A stretch of 64,000 nt of DNA from a virus (lineage: Duplodnaviria > Caudoviricetes): positions 7,607 to 71,606 of IMG/VR virus record IMGVR_UViG_2862799924_000001; one strand, 5' to 3'. Below are positions 42,606-51,471 of this stretch, one piece after another. How positions within the stretch are numbered: the stretch's first letter is position 1; every line of letters begins with the position of its first letter. The notes beneath the pieces were generated by a model, which saw only the letters and a list, made by a program, of their open reading frames with translations, was not told the origin of the DNA and made no database searches. A program made the position numbers and the translations under genes.

Positions 42606-42733
42606 CAGTCGTCGGTTTCGTCAGCGGGCACCGGGAGCTTCATCGGGAAGGTGACGGTGAAGTCGCCGTCTTCTTCGATCTCGACTTCACTTCCGGCACC
42701 GGGGTTGATCAGATTCATGGCGTCCCTCCAGGG

Positions 42734-42886
42734 TCACTTGCGGTAGAACCCGCCGCACTTGGTGACCATGTGGTTCACGCATTGCGGGCAGTCCTCGCGG
42801 GGAGCGAGGCGGCGGTGGATGCTCTTGTCGTAGGCGTGCGTCCAGCACTGCGGGCACTGGCCGGGCGGGCAGGGCGGGATGGGCAC
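42734..42886 (-). CDS. small Cys/His protein of the Streptomyces plasmid pRL2-8 type
   Basis: MPIPPCPPGQCPQCWTHAYDKSIHRRLAPREDCPQCVNHM. Confidence 0.7.
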   Translation of the reverse strand: MPIPPCPPGQCPQCWTHAYDKSIHRRLAPREDCPQCVNHMVTKCGGFYRK

Positions 42887-42888
42887 GG

Positions 42889-43233
42889 TCAGATCCCCGC
42901 TTTGCGGGCGGCGCGCTCGGCCCGCTTCAGCGCCGCCTCCGCGTCGTTCTTGGTGATGCGGGCATGCCGCCTGTCCTTCGGGGCTGCGGCGTCCAGGCGG
43001 ACCTTCGCTGCCGCTGCTGTGCGGCGGGCTTCGTCCAGATGCCGCCTCGCCTCGTACTGGCGGTAGCCGCCCTCTTCTTCTGCGCGACGGTCGATGCGGT
43101 CGACCTCGCGCTGAAACTTCGGGTCGACGCAGGTGTCTTCGCTGTACTCGTCATCGGCCATTGCCTGCTTGGCGATACGGCCGGTGAGCCAGACGCGGCG
43201 GGCGAGCTGGCTCTTGCTGTACACGCGGGTCAT
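42889..43233 (-). CDS. hypothetical helical protein of the transfer module
   Basis: MTRVYSKSQLARRV..., with RBS. Confidence 0.65.
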   Translation of the reverse strand: MTRVYSKSQLARRVWLTGRIAKQAMADDEYSEDTCVDPKFQREVDRIDRRAEEEGGYRQYEARRHLDEARRTAAAAKVRLDAAAPKDRRHARITKNDAEAALKRAERAARKAGI

Positions 43234-43382
43234 GCGGGGTCCTTTCATCGGGTGTCGTCGCGGCGGATACGCAGGGCATATGAGGTGGCGCGGCACAGGG
43301 CCGAAACCCGAAACTTCCGCAGGCCGCGCCAGTGATCGCGTCGATATCGGGCCCGAAACCGGTTTCGGGCCGCGGTGAAACC

Positions 43383-45578
43383 TCAGACCGCTGCCGAAGC
43401 CGGGTCTTCGTCGTCCTCGTCGACGTCTCTGGCGTCGGGAAGATCGGCGTAGCGCACGCCCTTCGCTCCCCCGCAGCAGTCCCGGATGGTGATCTGCCGG
43501 GTCGGAATCTTGTGCACCTTGAGGGCGGCCGACAGCGCCGTGGAACGGACGGCCTGGACGTCGCGTACTTCGTCCGGGCTCATCTCTGCGACAGCCTTCT
43601 CTGTCTCCATCCACGAGCCGTACAGCTCCGGCAGATACAGCGCGAGCGACTCGACCAGCCGGTGGCTGTGCACCGCGTCGGCGCCGTCCGGCCAGATGGC
43701 GTGGACGTGGTCGGCGATGGTCGTGCGGTCGGGCTTCTCGATCTGCTGGCCAGCGGCCTCACCGGACAGCGTTCCGGCCGCGGTCCGCAGGGCAAGTCCG
43801 CGCCGGCCCACATCGCGCACGTCCGCCTGCGGGATGAAGTACGCCCGCACGATCTTCGCGTTGGTCGCGGAGCGGGCGAGCCACCCGGTCCCGGAGTCCT
43901 TCGGGTCGTCTCCTTCGGCGGGCTCGAAGATGTTCGCGCGGATCCCGCGCTTGTACATGCCGGTGCCCAGCACCAGGTCATTCGCGGTGTGCCCGGTGAT
44001 CGCGAGACAGAAGCGCAAGATCGCGTTGTCACTGATCTTCTTGGGGATCGACTTCGCGTCGGGCCGCTGCGTGGTCAGCACCAGGATGATGCCGTACGCC
44101 CGCGCCTTGCGGATCAGCCGGGCGAAGACCGCCTCTGCCTCCTTGCCGTACACGGGGTGCTCGAAGAGCGTGTGCACCTCGTCGAAGATCGCGAGGATGG
44201 GGTGCAGGCGCAGGTGCGGGTACTTGTCCGAGAGCTTGCGCGTCACCTTGCGCCCGGTGGGTACATCCGCGACGGGGAGACCGGCGACGATCTTCTTGCG
44301 CCGCTTCATCTCCTTCTCCAGGGCGTAGCCCCCGTCCAGCGCGGCCTCGCAGTGCTCGTCGTCGTCGCCCTGCACGTAGCGGTGACAGATGGGCCTCAGG
44401 CCCTCCAGGTCACCCGAGCCCTTCAGCTCGAACAGCCACTCCTCGCAGGTGGGATCCAGCGCCCCGGCACATGCGATCGTGCACACCGCGCTGGTCTTCC
44501 CGGAGCCCATCACGCCGCCGATGAGCATGTTGGTCGCGATGACGGCGAGCGGCTCACGGTCGCCCTTGGGGGTGACGCCGAAGGGGATCACCCCGTACAT
44601 GTCCGCCGTGCCCCCGGCGAGCAGCGGCCACGGCCGCAGAATCGTGCGCGGGTCCTTCTTCGCGACCCAGATGTTCGCGCGCCCCGGATGCTCGGAGCCC
44701 ACCGACGGCCAGACGCACTGCAACGGGCGCCGCATCGCGGCGGCCAGCTCCTTGCGCTTGTCGAGCAGCAGTTCCGCGAGCGTCGCGCCGGGCAGGTCCA
44801 CCTGCGCCAGCCATCCGGGGCCGTCGACCGCGATCGGCGCGACGAACCGCGGCGTGCCCTTGACGCCGATCGCCTCGATCGCCTGAGCCAGCTCCTCGGA
44901 GTCCAGCGGACGCTGGAGGTGGATGGACAGGTAGCGGGTGACGATCGGCTTGTCCCCGCGCCGGCCGTACACACCGGCCAGAGCCAGGGCCGCGGTCACC
45001 GCGCCCCCGCACCACAGCGGCACGGCCAGCGCGGCCACGAACAGGATCAGCAACACTGTGCCCGCAAGGGCCAGGGACGCGATGCGCCGCGGCCTCACCC
45101 TGCGCGAGTGCTCACGCGACAGGGCCAGCCACGCCTCGATGTCGGCTGTCGCCGCGGCCCTGGCCGTCACCGGCCGCGCCTCGGTGTCCGCGACCCACTT
45201 GCCCCACCGGACGATGAGCCGCCCGGTGCCGCGCGGGGCGCACAGCAGCAGCCGGATCAGGTAGACCGGCAGGCGCAGCAGGTGGAACGCCCCGAAGTGG
45301 ACGCAGTAGGCCAGCGTCCAGCGCACGTTGACGGCGAACTCCCGCAGGCTGCGCAGCCAGGACGGCAGCACCGCGGGCGCGTCCGTGAGGTCGGCGCGGC
45401 GCTGCTCCGCCCACGTACCCGTGTCGGCTGCGACTTGCGGGGTGTCGACGGGCATTGGCGGCGCATCAGGATCGAGCGCGTACATCTCCCGCTTGTCGTC
45501 CGCTCCGACCTTCTTGAACGTGACCTTCTGCTCGGTCCCGTTGATGACCGTCCCCGTGGCGCCGTCGGGGATGCTCAC
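43383..45578 (-). CDS. traB: FtsK/SpoIIIE-family TraB-like DNA translocase
   Basis: N-terminal TM helices; Walker A GGVMGSGKT; IFDEVH; IRKARAYGIILVLTTQRPD; ANDLVLG. Confidence 0.85.
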   Translation of the reverse strand: MSIPDGATGTVINGTEQKVTFKKVGADDKREMYALDPDAPPMPVDTPQVAADTGTWAEQRRADLTDAPAVLPSWLRSLREFAVNVRWTLAYCVHFGAFHLLRLPVYLIRLLLCAPRGTGRLIVRWGKWVADTEARPVTARAAATADIEAWLALSREHSRRVRPRRIASLALAGTVLLILFVAALAVPLWCGGAVTAALALAGVYGRRGDKPIVTRYLSIHLQRPLDSEELAQAIEAIGVKGTPRFVAPIAVDGPGWLAQVDLPGATLAELLLDKRKELAAAMRRPLQCVWPSVGSEHPGRANIWVAKKDPRTILRPWPLLAGGTADMYGVIPFGVTPKGDREPLAVIATNMLIGGVMGSGKTSAVCTIACAGALDPTCEEWLFELKGSGDLEGLRPICHRYVQGDDDEHCEAALDGGYALEKEMKRRKKIVAGLPVADVPTGRKVTRKLSDKYPHLRLHPILAIFDEVHTLFEHPVYGKEAEAVFARLIRKARAYGIILVLTTQRPDAKSIPKKISDNAILRFCLAITGHTANDLVLGTGMYKRGIRANIFEPAEGDDPKDSGTGWLARSATNAKIVRAYFIPQADVRDVGRRGLALRTAAGTLSGEAAGQQIEKPDRTTIADHVHAIWPDGADAVHSHRLVESLALYLPELYGSWMETEKAVAEMSPDEVRDVQAVRSTALSAALKVHKIPTRQITIRDCCGGAKGVRYADLPDARDVDEDDEDPASAAV

Positions 45579-46384
45579 GGCGTACCCCGCAGCTTCTCCA
45601 CATCCCGGGCGTCGAAGAGGTGCCCGCCCCCGGGATCGGCTGCAACGGGAGTCAGAGTGCCGCGGTGCTTGTAGGACCGGACCGTGTTCGGGCTGACGTT
45701 CAGCCGCTCCGCGACCTCACTGGTCGTCAGCATCTCGCCACGCCCCTGCGGCGGCACCGCCACGGGCGTTGCGCCCGCCGCCACGAGCGGCAGCAGCCGC
45801 ACCCCCGCAGGAACCGCGTCGGCCCACCGGAAGACGGGGCGCAGGGGCGCTGCGCAGATGGCCGCAACGGGGGTGCGTTGCACCGCAACGCCGGGCGTTG
45901 CGACGCGTCGCGCGATGGCTTCGTGGACTTGGCGCATGAGCGCGCCGAAGGCGAGCAGCGCGGCGACGGGAGGCACGGCGGCGACGATGTAGTCCATGGG
46001 TTCGGCTCCGGCGCCCACCCCCGCGACGTTCAAGGCGATGGAGCCGAGCGATCCGGCGACGGCGAGCGCGATGGCCCACCAGTCGATGCGCCGCATGAGC
46101 GAGGCACGCAGGATGAGGACTTCGCCGATGACGATGAAGAGATCGACAGTGCCGGGCCACGCCCACGCCCTGGCGGGCGAGTGCTGAAGCCCCTGAGCCG
46201 CGGCGACATCGTGAAGGTGCTCGTACGAAAGCCAGAAGGCGCCGCCGGTGAGGGCGACGGTGGCGACGGCCGCGATGACGGCGAGCAGGGTCAGGACGCG
46301 CGAGGCGTCAGAAGAGGAAACGGGAAACCTGTCAGAACTCTTGATCACCGCAGGGGGTGCGGCGCTACCTTTCTTGCGGGCCAT
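45575..46384 (-). CDS. DUF2637 (SpdA/SpdB-like) membrane protein with C-terminal HTH
   Basis: AFWLSYEHLHDVA, AWAWPGTVDLFI, AAVPPVAAL; HTH LTTSEVAERLNVSPNTVRSY. Confidence 0.8.
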   Translation of the reverse strand: MARKKGSAAPPAVIKSSDRFPVSSSDASRVLTLLAVIAAVATVALTGGAFWLSYEHLHDVAAAQGLQHSPARAWAWPGTVDLFIVIGEVLILRASLMRRIDWWAIALAVAGSLGSIALNVAGVGAGAEPMDYIVAAVPPVAALLAFGALMRQVHEAIARRVATPGVAVQRTPVAAICAAPLRPVFRWADAVPAGVRLLPLVAAGATPVAVPPQGRGEMLTTSEVAERLNVSPNTVRSYKHRGTLTPVAADPGGGHLFDARDVEKLRGTP

Positions 46385-46532
46385 TGGAGGTACGTCTCCA
46401 GGGGTCAAGAGGTCCCGGCTCGCGGGGTTGCAGCCGCTTGCCGGGGCCCGCCGGTTGATGTGGTTCCGCTCTACGCCCGCCCGTTCGGCGAGCGCAAGCG
46501 GGTCCGGGAATCCGCCACCCCGCACCAGTGCG

Positions 46533-47543
46533 TCAGTCGCGGCGTGGGGCGGGTGGGATGCTCTCCTCCTTCGGGGCGAGCTTCGCGAACCGCTCGATCG
46601 CCATGTCGTGGTACGCGGCGTTCAGATCGATGCCGATGTACTGCCTGCCGAGTTGAAGCGCCGCGAGCCCAGTCGTCCCTGCCCCGCTGCACGGGTCGAG
46701 GACGATGCCGCCCGGCGTGCAGCCCGCCTTGATGCAGCGCAGCGGCAGGTCAACCGGGAAGGTGGCGAAGTGCGCCTGCGGGAACGGGCGGGTGCTGATC
46801 GACCAGACGTCGCCCGGATTGCGGCCCGTCGCGTCGACCTTGTCAACGCTCCACCTGCCGGTCGCTGTATGGGGCTTGTTTGCTGTGGTGTGCGCCCTGC
46901 GCGAGGGTGCCCTGTCTCCGCTGTACTGCTCGCGTATCGCGTCCAGGTTGAAGAAGTACTTTGCCTTCTTGGTGAACAGGAACAGTGACTCGCGCCGGTT
47001 CGACAGGCGGTCGCGCACGGAGGACGGCATGGCATTCGGTTTGTGCCAGATGATCTCGTTGCGGAGGATCCAGCCGTCGTCTTGCAGCGCGAACGCGACG
47101 CGCCAGGGGATGCCGAGCAGATTCTCGGTCGGCATCCCCGTGACGGTGCGCCTGGCGGCCGCCGCTGTCGCCCCGTCCCTGCGGAAGGATGGTCTGCCTC
47201 CCTCCTGCTTACGCTGCCCGCTGTTCCCCGTTCCGTGCCACCGCTCGTTGAAATCCTTATTGGGCGCCCCCATCCCTGAGCTGTAGCTGTCTCCCAGGTT
47301 CAGCCACAGCGTCCCGTCGTCGGCGAGCACGCGCCGCGCCTCAGCAAACAGCGCACGCATCGTCTCGACATACGCAGCGGGCGTCGGCTCCAGCCCGTAC
47401 TGGCCGGGCGCGCCGTAGTCGCGGAGCCCGTAGTACGGGGGGCTGGTGACGATGCAGTTCACCGACCGCTCGGGGGCGGCCGCCAGTACTTCGAGCGCGT
47501 CGCCGACCAGCAGCAGGGCGCCGTCACCGTGGTGGTGAATCAC
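46533..47543 (-). CDS. N4-C/N6-A DNA methyltransferase (beta class)
   Basis: VTSPPYYGLRDY; HFATFP; VLDPCSGAGTTG. Confidence 0.93.
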   Translation of the reverse strand: MIHHHGDGALLLVGDALEVLAAAPERSVNCIVTSPPYYGLRDYGAPGQYGLEPTPAAYVETMRALFAEARRVLADDGTLWLNLGDSYSSGMGAPNKDFNERWHGTGNSGQRKQEGGRPSFRRDGATAAAARRTVTGMPTENLLGIPWRVAFALQDDGWILRNEIIWHKPNAMPSSVRDRLSNRRESLFLFTKKAKYFFNLDAIREQYSGDRAPSRRAHTTANKPHTATGRWSVDKVDATGRNPGDVWSISTRPFPQAHFATFPVDLPLRCIKAGCTPGGIVLDPCSGAGTTGLAALQLGRQYIGIDLNAAYHDMAIERFAKLAPKEESIPPAPRRD

Positions 47544-48454
47544 CTTCCCTCCTTTTTCTGCTGATTGCGGTACGCGCTGCGCACCGTTGCTTCCGCCTGG
47601 CGCTGCCCGCCGTCGCCGCTGTATGCCGCCCCGAGCTGGTCGACGGCGTCCTCGATGGCGATGCCGTCGGAGCACGCGGAACGGGCAGCCCAGTACAGGG
47701 CGTTCGAGCGGTTGCCCGGTGCGGCGTCGCGGACGGTGTCGACCAGCCCGCCGATCGAGCCGCCGCGGCGCGGCTGCGCGAACAGCGGACGTGCGGGGCG
47801 GGGCTTCTCCCGGCACAGCTCGATCAGCCATGGCGGGGCGTCGCGCACGGGCAGGTCGTTCTCCGCGATGTAGGGGCCGGACGTGGTGCGTGAGCCGGCC
47901 GCCAGTACATAGCCGCCCTGCGACCCGCCATTGCCCCGCACGTCGACCAGGCCCTTGACCGGGGACGCCTGCGAGGCGGTCAGGCCCGGCGGCCACCGGA
48001 AGTACAGGTGCAGGCCGAGCCGCCCGGTCTGCACCCGGTGGGTGTCCATCAGCTCTGTCCAGCTGCCGCCGTACAGCTCGCAGAGGTGGCGCAGCACGTC
48101 GGTGCCGTCGACCAGCGGACCGAGCTTCTCGTGCAGCGCCGCGTATGGCGTGCCCTCCAGCTGGCCCGGCCCCTTGCAGACATCGCAGTCGACGACCAGC
48201 AGGCCCGACGGCCCGCACGCGATAGCCGGATTCGCGAGGGGCGAGTACGTCCACGCTTCGATGATCTTGTTCAGGTCGGTGGTCGCCCACTCCCCCCATC
48301 GGATCTTGTAGGGCTGCTGTGGGGTGATGAGGTGCGGCTGCTTGTCGATGACGTCGCCGGACTGAGGGCACGTGGTCCCGGCCGGATTGCAGGGGAAGAC
48401 CGACCAGCCGCGCTGCACTGCGGCGATGGCGTGGGCGATCAGGTTCTCTGTCAT
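47540..48454 (-). CDS. bifunctional primase/polymerase (Prim-Pol)
   Basis: GWSVFPC, ATTD, GLLVVDCD, GLHLYF, VDVRG...GGYVLAAGS, GNRSNALYWAA. Confidence 0.92.
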   Translation of the reverse strand: MTENLIAHAIAAVQRGWSVFPCNPAGTTCPQSGDVIDKQPHLITPQQPYKIRWGEWATTDLNKIIEAWTYSPLANPAIACGPSGLLVVDCDVCKGPGQLEGTPYAALHEKLGPLVDGTDVLRHLCELYGGSWTELMDTHRVQTGRLGLHLYFRWPPGLTASQASPVKGLVDVRGNGGSQGGYVLAAGSRTTSGPYIAENDLPVRDAPPWLIELCREKPRPARPLFAQPRRGGSIGGLVDTVRDAAPGNRSNALYWAARSACSDGIAIEDAVDQLGAAYSGDGGQRQAEATVRSAYRNQQKKEGR

Positions 48455-48580
48455 TTACAGGGCGTGCTGCCACAGCCAGACGGCCAGGCCGAACCCGATC
48501 GCCAGCATGATCAGGCTGCCGACGACGGCCATCACGACGACGACAACGGCGTACGCCTTCGACGCCCGTTCGAAATCCAT
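48455..48580 (-). CDS. small membrane protein
   Basis: MDFERASKAYAVVVVVMAVVGSLIMLAIGFGLAVWLWQHAL. Confidence 0.55.
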   Translation of the reverse strand: MDFERASKAYAVVVVVMAVVGSLIMLAIGFGLAVWLWQHAL

Positions 48581-48638
48581 CGCATCTCCGTTCACGCGAA
48601 GAGGGGCCCCGCTTCCGGAGCCCCTCGGATGGGTCAGC

Positions 48639-49361
48639 TCACCGGATGATCCCGGCGGCGGAAGCGGCGGCCAGCCAGCCCGCGTACTCGTGGGTGATGC
48701 CGTCGTACAGGTCGGCGTCGCTCACGGTGTGCGGGTCGCGGGCGTGGAAGAAGCTGGCGTTGTCGACCTTCCGGCCGCGCAGGTCATCGAGCTTCTCCAG
48801 GAACTCGATGCGCTCCCCGTATCCGACGAACGCCCAGAAGATCGGCAGCGAGGACGCGTCCTGGAGTGCGTGCTTCGCGTCGGGCTTGCTGTCGGGGGCA
48901 CCGTCGCTCTGGAAGATGACCAGCGCTGGGTCGGTGGCGCCGGAGCGCTGGTAGTGCGCGATGACCGACCGCATGGCCGAGCCGTAGTTGGTGGTTCCCC
49001 ACCGCACTGCCGTGTGCGTGGCGTCGATGACCCCGGTGTGACTGTGCAGGCGGACGTCGACCGGGCGCTCGGCAACCGTGCCGAAGTAGATCAGCGGCAC
49101 CGTGCCGTCGTCGTCCAGGTTGGCGGACAGCCCCAGCGCCTGCTCTGCCAGCCGCTGAACGCTGCCGTCCTTGTAGAAGCCGTGCATCGAACCCGAGTGA
49201 TCGAGGACGAGGTATACGGCGGCGCGCTGGCCGGTGAGCCCGGACTTCTCCAGGCTGACGGCGGCCGACTTGGTGAGGCTGACCAGCCCCGGCGGGACCT
49301 TGTCGAGCGTGATCGCCGGACCGGTGCCGGTCGGCGGTGGAACATTCTTGCTGCGGAACAT
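48639..49361 (-). CDS. vWA domain protein (TerF-associated type)
   Basis: AAVYLVLDHSGSM MIDAS, LDDDG, FQSDG, RKVDNASFF. Confidence 0.85.
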   Translation of the reverse strand: MFRSKNVPPPTGTGPAITLDKVPPGLVSLTKSAAVSLEKSGLTGQRAAVYLVLDHSGSMHGFYKDGSVQRLAEQALGLSANLDDDGTVPLIYFGTVAERPVDVRLHSHTGVIDATHTAVRWGTTNYGSAMRSVIAHYQRSGATDPALVIFQSDGAPDSKPDAKHALQDASSLPIFWAFVGYGERIEFLEKLDDLRGRKVDNASFFHARDPHTVSDADLYDGITHEYAGWLAAASAAGIIR

Positions 49362-49479
49362 GCGGGTTCCTTTCGCGGGTGAAGCGCAGCCGGAGCCGCC
49401 CGGATGCAGCGGGCCCCGGCTGCGGGCATGAAAAAGGACGCGACCCCAGGGGCGCGTCCGTCGTGGTGGTGCGGCGGGT

Positions 49480-50319
49480 CTAGAAGGGCGGCGGCTCCTG
49501 CGCCTGGAAGGTCTTCGCGATCATCGTTGCCTGCTCGGCCGTCATCCCTTCCGGGTTGACGCCCTTGCTCTGCAGGAACGCGACCAGCTGCGGGTCAAGG
49601 GCGGCAGACCCAGAGGCAGGGACGGTCTGGGCAGGGGCTGCCTGCGCTGAACCGGCAGGGTTCCCCCACTGAGGGGCCGGGCTACCCGGTGCAGTCGCTG
49701 CCGGGGCACCCGCACCAGTCGGTGCCTGGGCAGGCGTCGCCGTGGCAGCAGGTGTGCCCCATTGCCCCTGCGGAGGGCCCGCCGGTGCCGCTGCTCCGGG
49801 TGTGCCCTGCCACGGGTCGTACGGCAGCTGCTGCGAGACGTGTTGAGGCTGCTGCCCCCACGCCTGCTGCTGGGCAGGCGCCGCCTGCGCGGTCGGCTGG
49901 GTGAAGGCGTTGCGCGGGTGGGCGTTGATGTACTGCGTCGCCATCTGGACGTCGGCGTCGGAGTACTCGGCCAGGTAGAAGGCGCCGGACTTCTGTCCCT
50001 GCGCCGCTGTCTGCGCGAGCCTGCCCAGCACCATGCCGCCGCCGCAGTGCTTCTTGATCTGCGGGACCAGCGCCTTGCCGCCGACGCGTGCGTTGCTCAG
50101 GACGGTCGGCTGTCCCGTCTCCGGGTTGACCAGGTCGATGATCGCCACGTCGGCTTCGACCGCGTCGTACGGCTCAGGCTGGCCGTTCTGCCCGGTGCCC
50201 ATGTGCTGGCTGACGCTGTCCGGGTAGAACAGGAACAGCTTGCCGACCCACTCGGGATGGTCGCGCGGCGTGAACCGGTCGCCGCGGTCAGGCTGCGCGA
50301 AGGGATTAGGGGTTGTCAC
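49480..50319 (-). CDS. putative ssDNA-binding protein
   Basis: Beta N-domain, long Q/P/A-rich tail ending EPPPF; replication module. Confidence 0.6.
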   Translation of the reverse strand: MTTPNPFAQPDRGDRFTPRDHPEWVGKLFLFYPDSVSQHMGTGQNGQPEPYDAVEADVAIIDLVNPETGQPTVLSNARVGGKALVPQIKKHCGGGMVLGRLAQTAAQGQKSGAFYLAEYSDADVQMATQYINAHPRNAFTQPTAQAAPAQQQAWGQQPQHVSQQLPYDPWQGTPGAAAPAGPPQGQWGTPAATATPAQAPTGAGAPAATAPGSPAPQWGNPAGSAQAAPAQTVPASGSAALDPQLVAFLQSKGVNPEGMTAEQATMIAKTFQAQEPPPF

Positions 50320-50459
50320 GAAGATCTCTCTTTCCTGTTACGGGAGTTCGGTTGTCTGCGCGCCGCAGCCGGCGCATATCCAGCGCAGCGGGCCGCGCGC
50401 CGTCTCGGCCCACCAGTGCAGCTGCGGGAAGAGGCGGTGCACCAGTACGCGGAGCCACC

Positions 50460-50663
50460 TCACGCGGCCTGCTTTTCTTGCACGGCATCGAATGCGGCCC
50501 GCACCTCCGAGTCGCGGTAGCGGCGGTGCCCGCCGAGCGTGCGGACCGAAGAGAGCTTCCCGGCCTGCGCCCAGCGGGACACCGTCTTGACGTCCACGCG
50601 GAAGATCTCAGCCACCTCACCCGGGGTGAGCAGCTTCTCGTAATCGAGTTCCATATCTGTCAC
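50460..50663 (-). CDS. bldC: BldC-family MerR-like HTH regulator
   Basis: LLTPGEVAEIFRVDVKTVSRWAQAGKLSSVRTLGGHRRYRDSEVRA. Confidence 0.88.
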   Translation of the reverse strand: MTDMELDYEKLLTPGEVAEIFRVDVKTVSRWAQAGKLSSVRTLGGHRRYRDSEVRAAFDAVQEKQAA

Positions 50664-50666
50664 CTC

Positions 50667-50852
50667 CTATTGGGGCAGCACCTCGAACATGGGGCGCGAG
50701 AATCCGCCGGAATCCTGTCCGGGCGTGATGTCATCTTCGAGTTCCGGGATGTACTTGTTCGGCACCGAATAGCTGATCTCGCAGCGTTCCAGGTTCCCAG
50801 GGCTTTCGGGGTCGTCCTCCCACCACTGCACGGCGGGATTACTGTCGACCAT
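50667..50852 (-). CDS. small hypothetical protein
   Basis: AAGGAGAAGG RBS; MVDSNPAVQWWEDD... Confidence 0.5.
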   Translation of the reverse strand: MVDSNPAVQWWEDDPESPGNLERCEISYSVPNKYIPELEDDITPGQDSGGFSRPMFEVLPQ

Positions 50853-50869
50853 TACGCCGCCTTCTCCTT

Positions 50870-51043
50870 GCCTGCCAAGCCGCGGCTTACCGCGACGCGC
50901 CGGAACTTGCCCTGACATAACCCGCCTGCCTTGCCAGACCGCGCCGCAACCGGACGCGCATTGACATGCCCGGCCTCGCCTCGCCTGCCACGCCGTGCCA
51001 AGCCTGGCCTTGCCACTCCAATCCCGGACCCGCCACGCCTGCC
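50870..51043 (-). ncRNA. 3-unit (NN-GGY)n array delimited by GGCAGGC, putative guide RNA array
   Basis: GCCTGCC at 50870, 50924, 50983, 51037; inserts of 47, 52, 47 nt in exact 5-nt register. Confidence 0.8.
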
Positions 51044-51048
51044 GTGCG

Positions 51049-51471
51049 CTACGCCGCTTCGTCGTTCAGGTCTTCGCGGATCATCTCTGTGAATTCCTCG
51101 AAGTCCTGGTAGCGGCGCTTAAGCGTCTGCCATTCACGCGCCATGTCGGCCAGTACGAGGCGGCGCGTGAAGTCATCGGATACGACCGTTTCGACGGGCT
51201 CGTATACGTGGCCGTGCTCGCGGCGCACCGCGTGGTAGGCGCGCACCGATTTGGCGGGACCGCTCTCGTCCGCCTCGCGGTACACCACCTTCACGGAGCG
51301 GATCAGTTCGTGCGCCTGCTGCTGCCGGTACTTCTCACCGGCCACGCCGTCGTTCCATTCGAAGCGGGAATGCAGCGGATGAGATGCGTCGCGCGCCTCA
51401 TCCACGATCAGTGACGGCGTGAGCTGCCCCCGCTGGTCGTAGATGGATTGCAGCTGGTCGCGCAGGCTCAC
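51049..51471 (-). CDS. partner protein of the RAMP-like gene
   Basis: GTG overlaps the upstream stop; GQLTPSLIVDEARDASHPLHSRFEWND..AGEKYR..QAHELIRSV. Confidence 0.8.
   Translation of the reverse strand: MSLRDQLQSIYDQRGQLTPSLIVDEARDASHPLHSRFEWNDGVAGEKYRQQQAHELIRSVKVVYREADESGPAKSVRAYHAVRREHGHVYEPVETVVSDDFTRRLVLADMAREWQTLKRRYQDFEEFTEMIREDLNDEAA

Noticed and set aside
47544-48473. Fusion of Prim-Pol region and methyltransferase (646-aa ORF)
   Set aside because: The upstream part is an alternate frame of Prim-Pol; the MTase starts at GTG 47543
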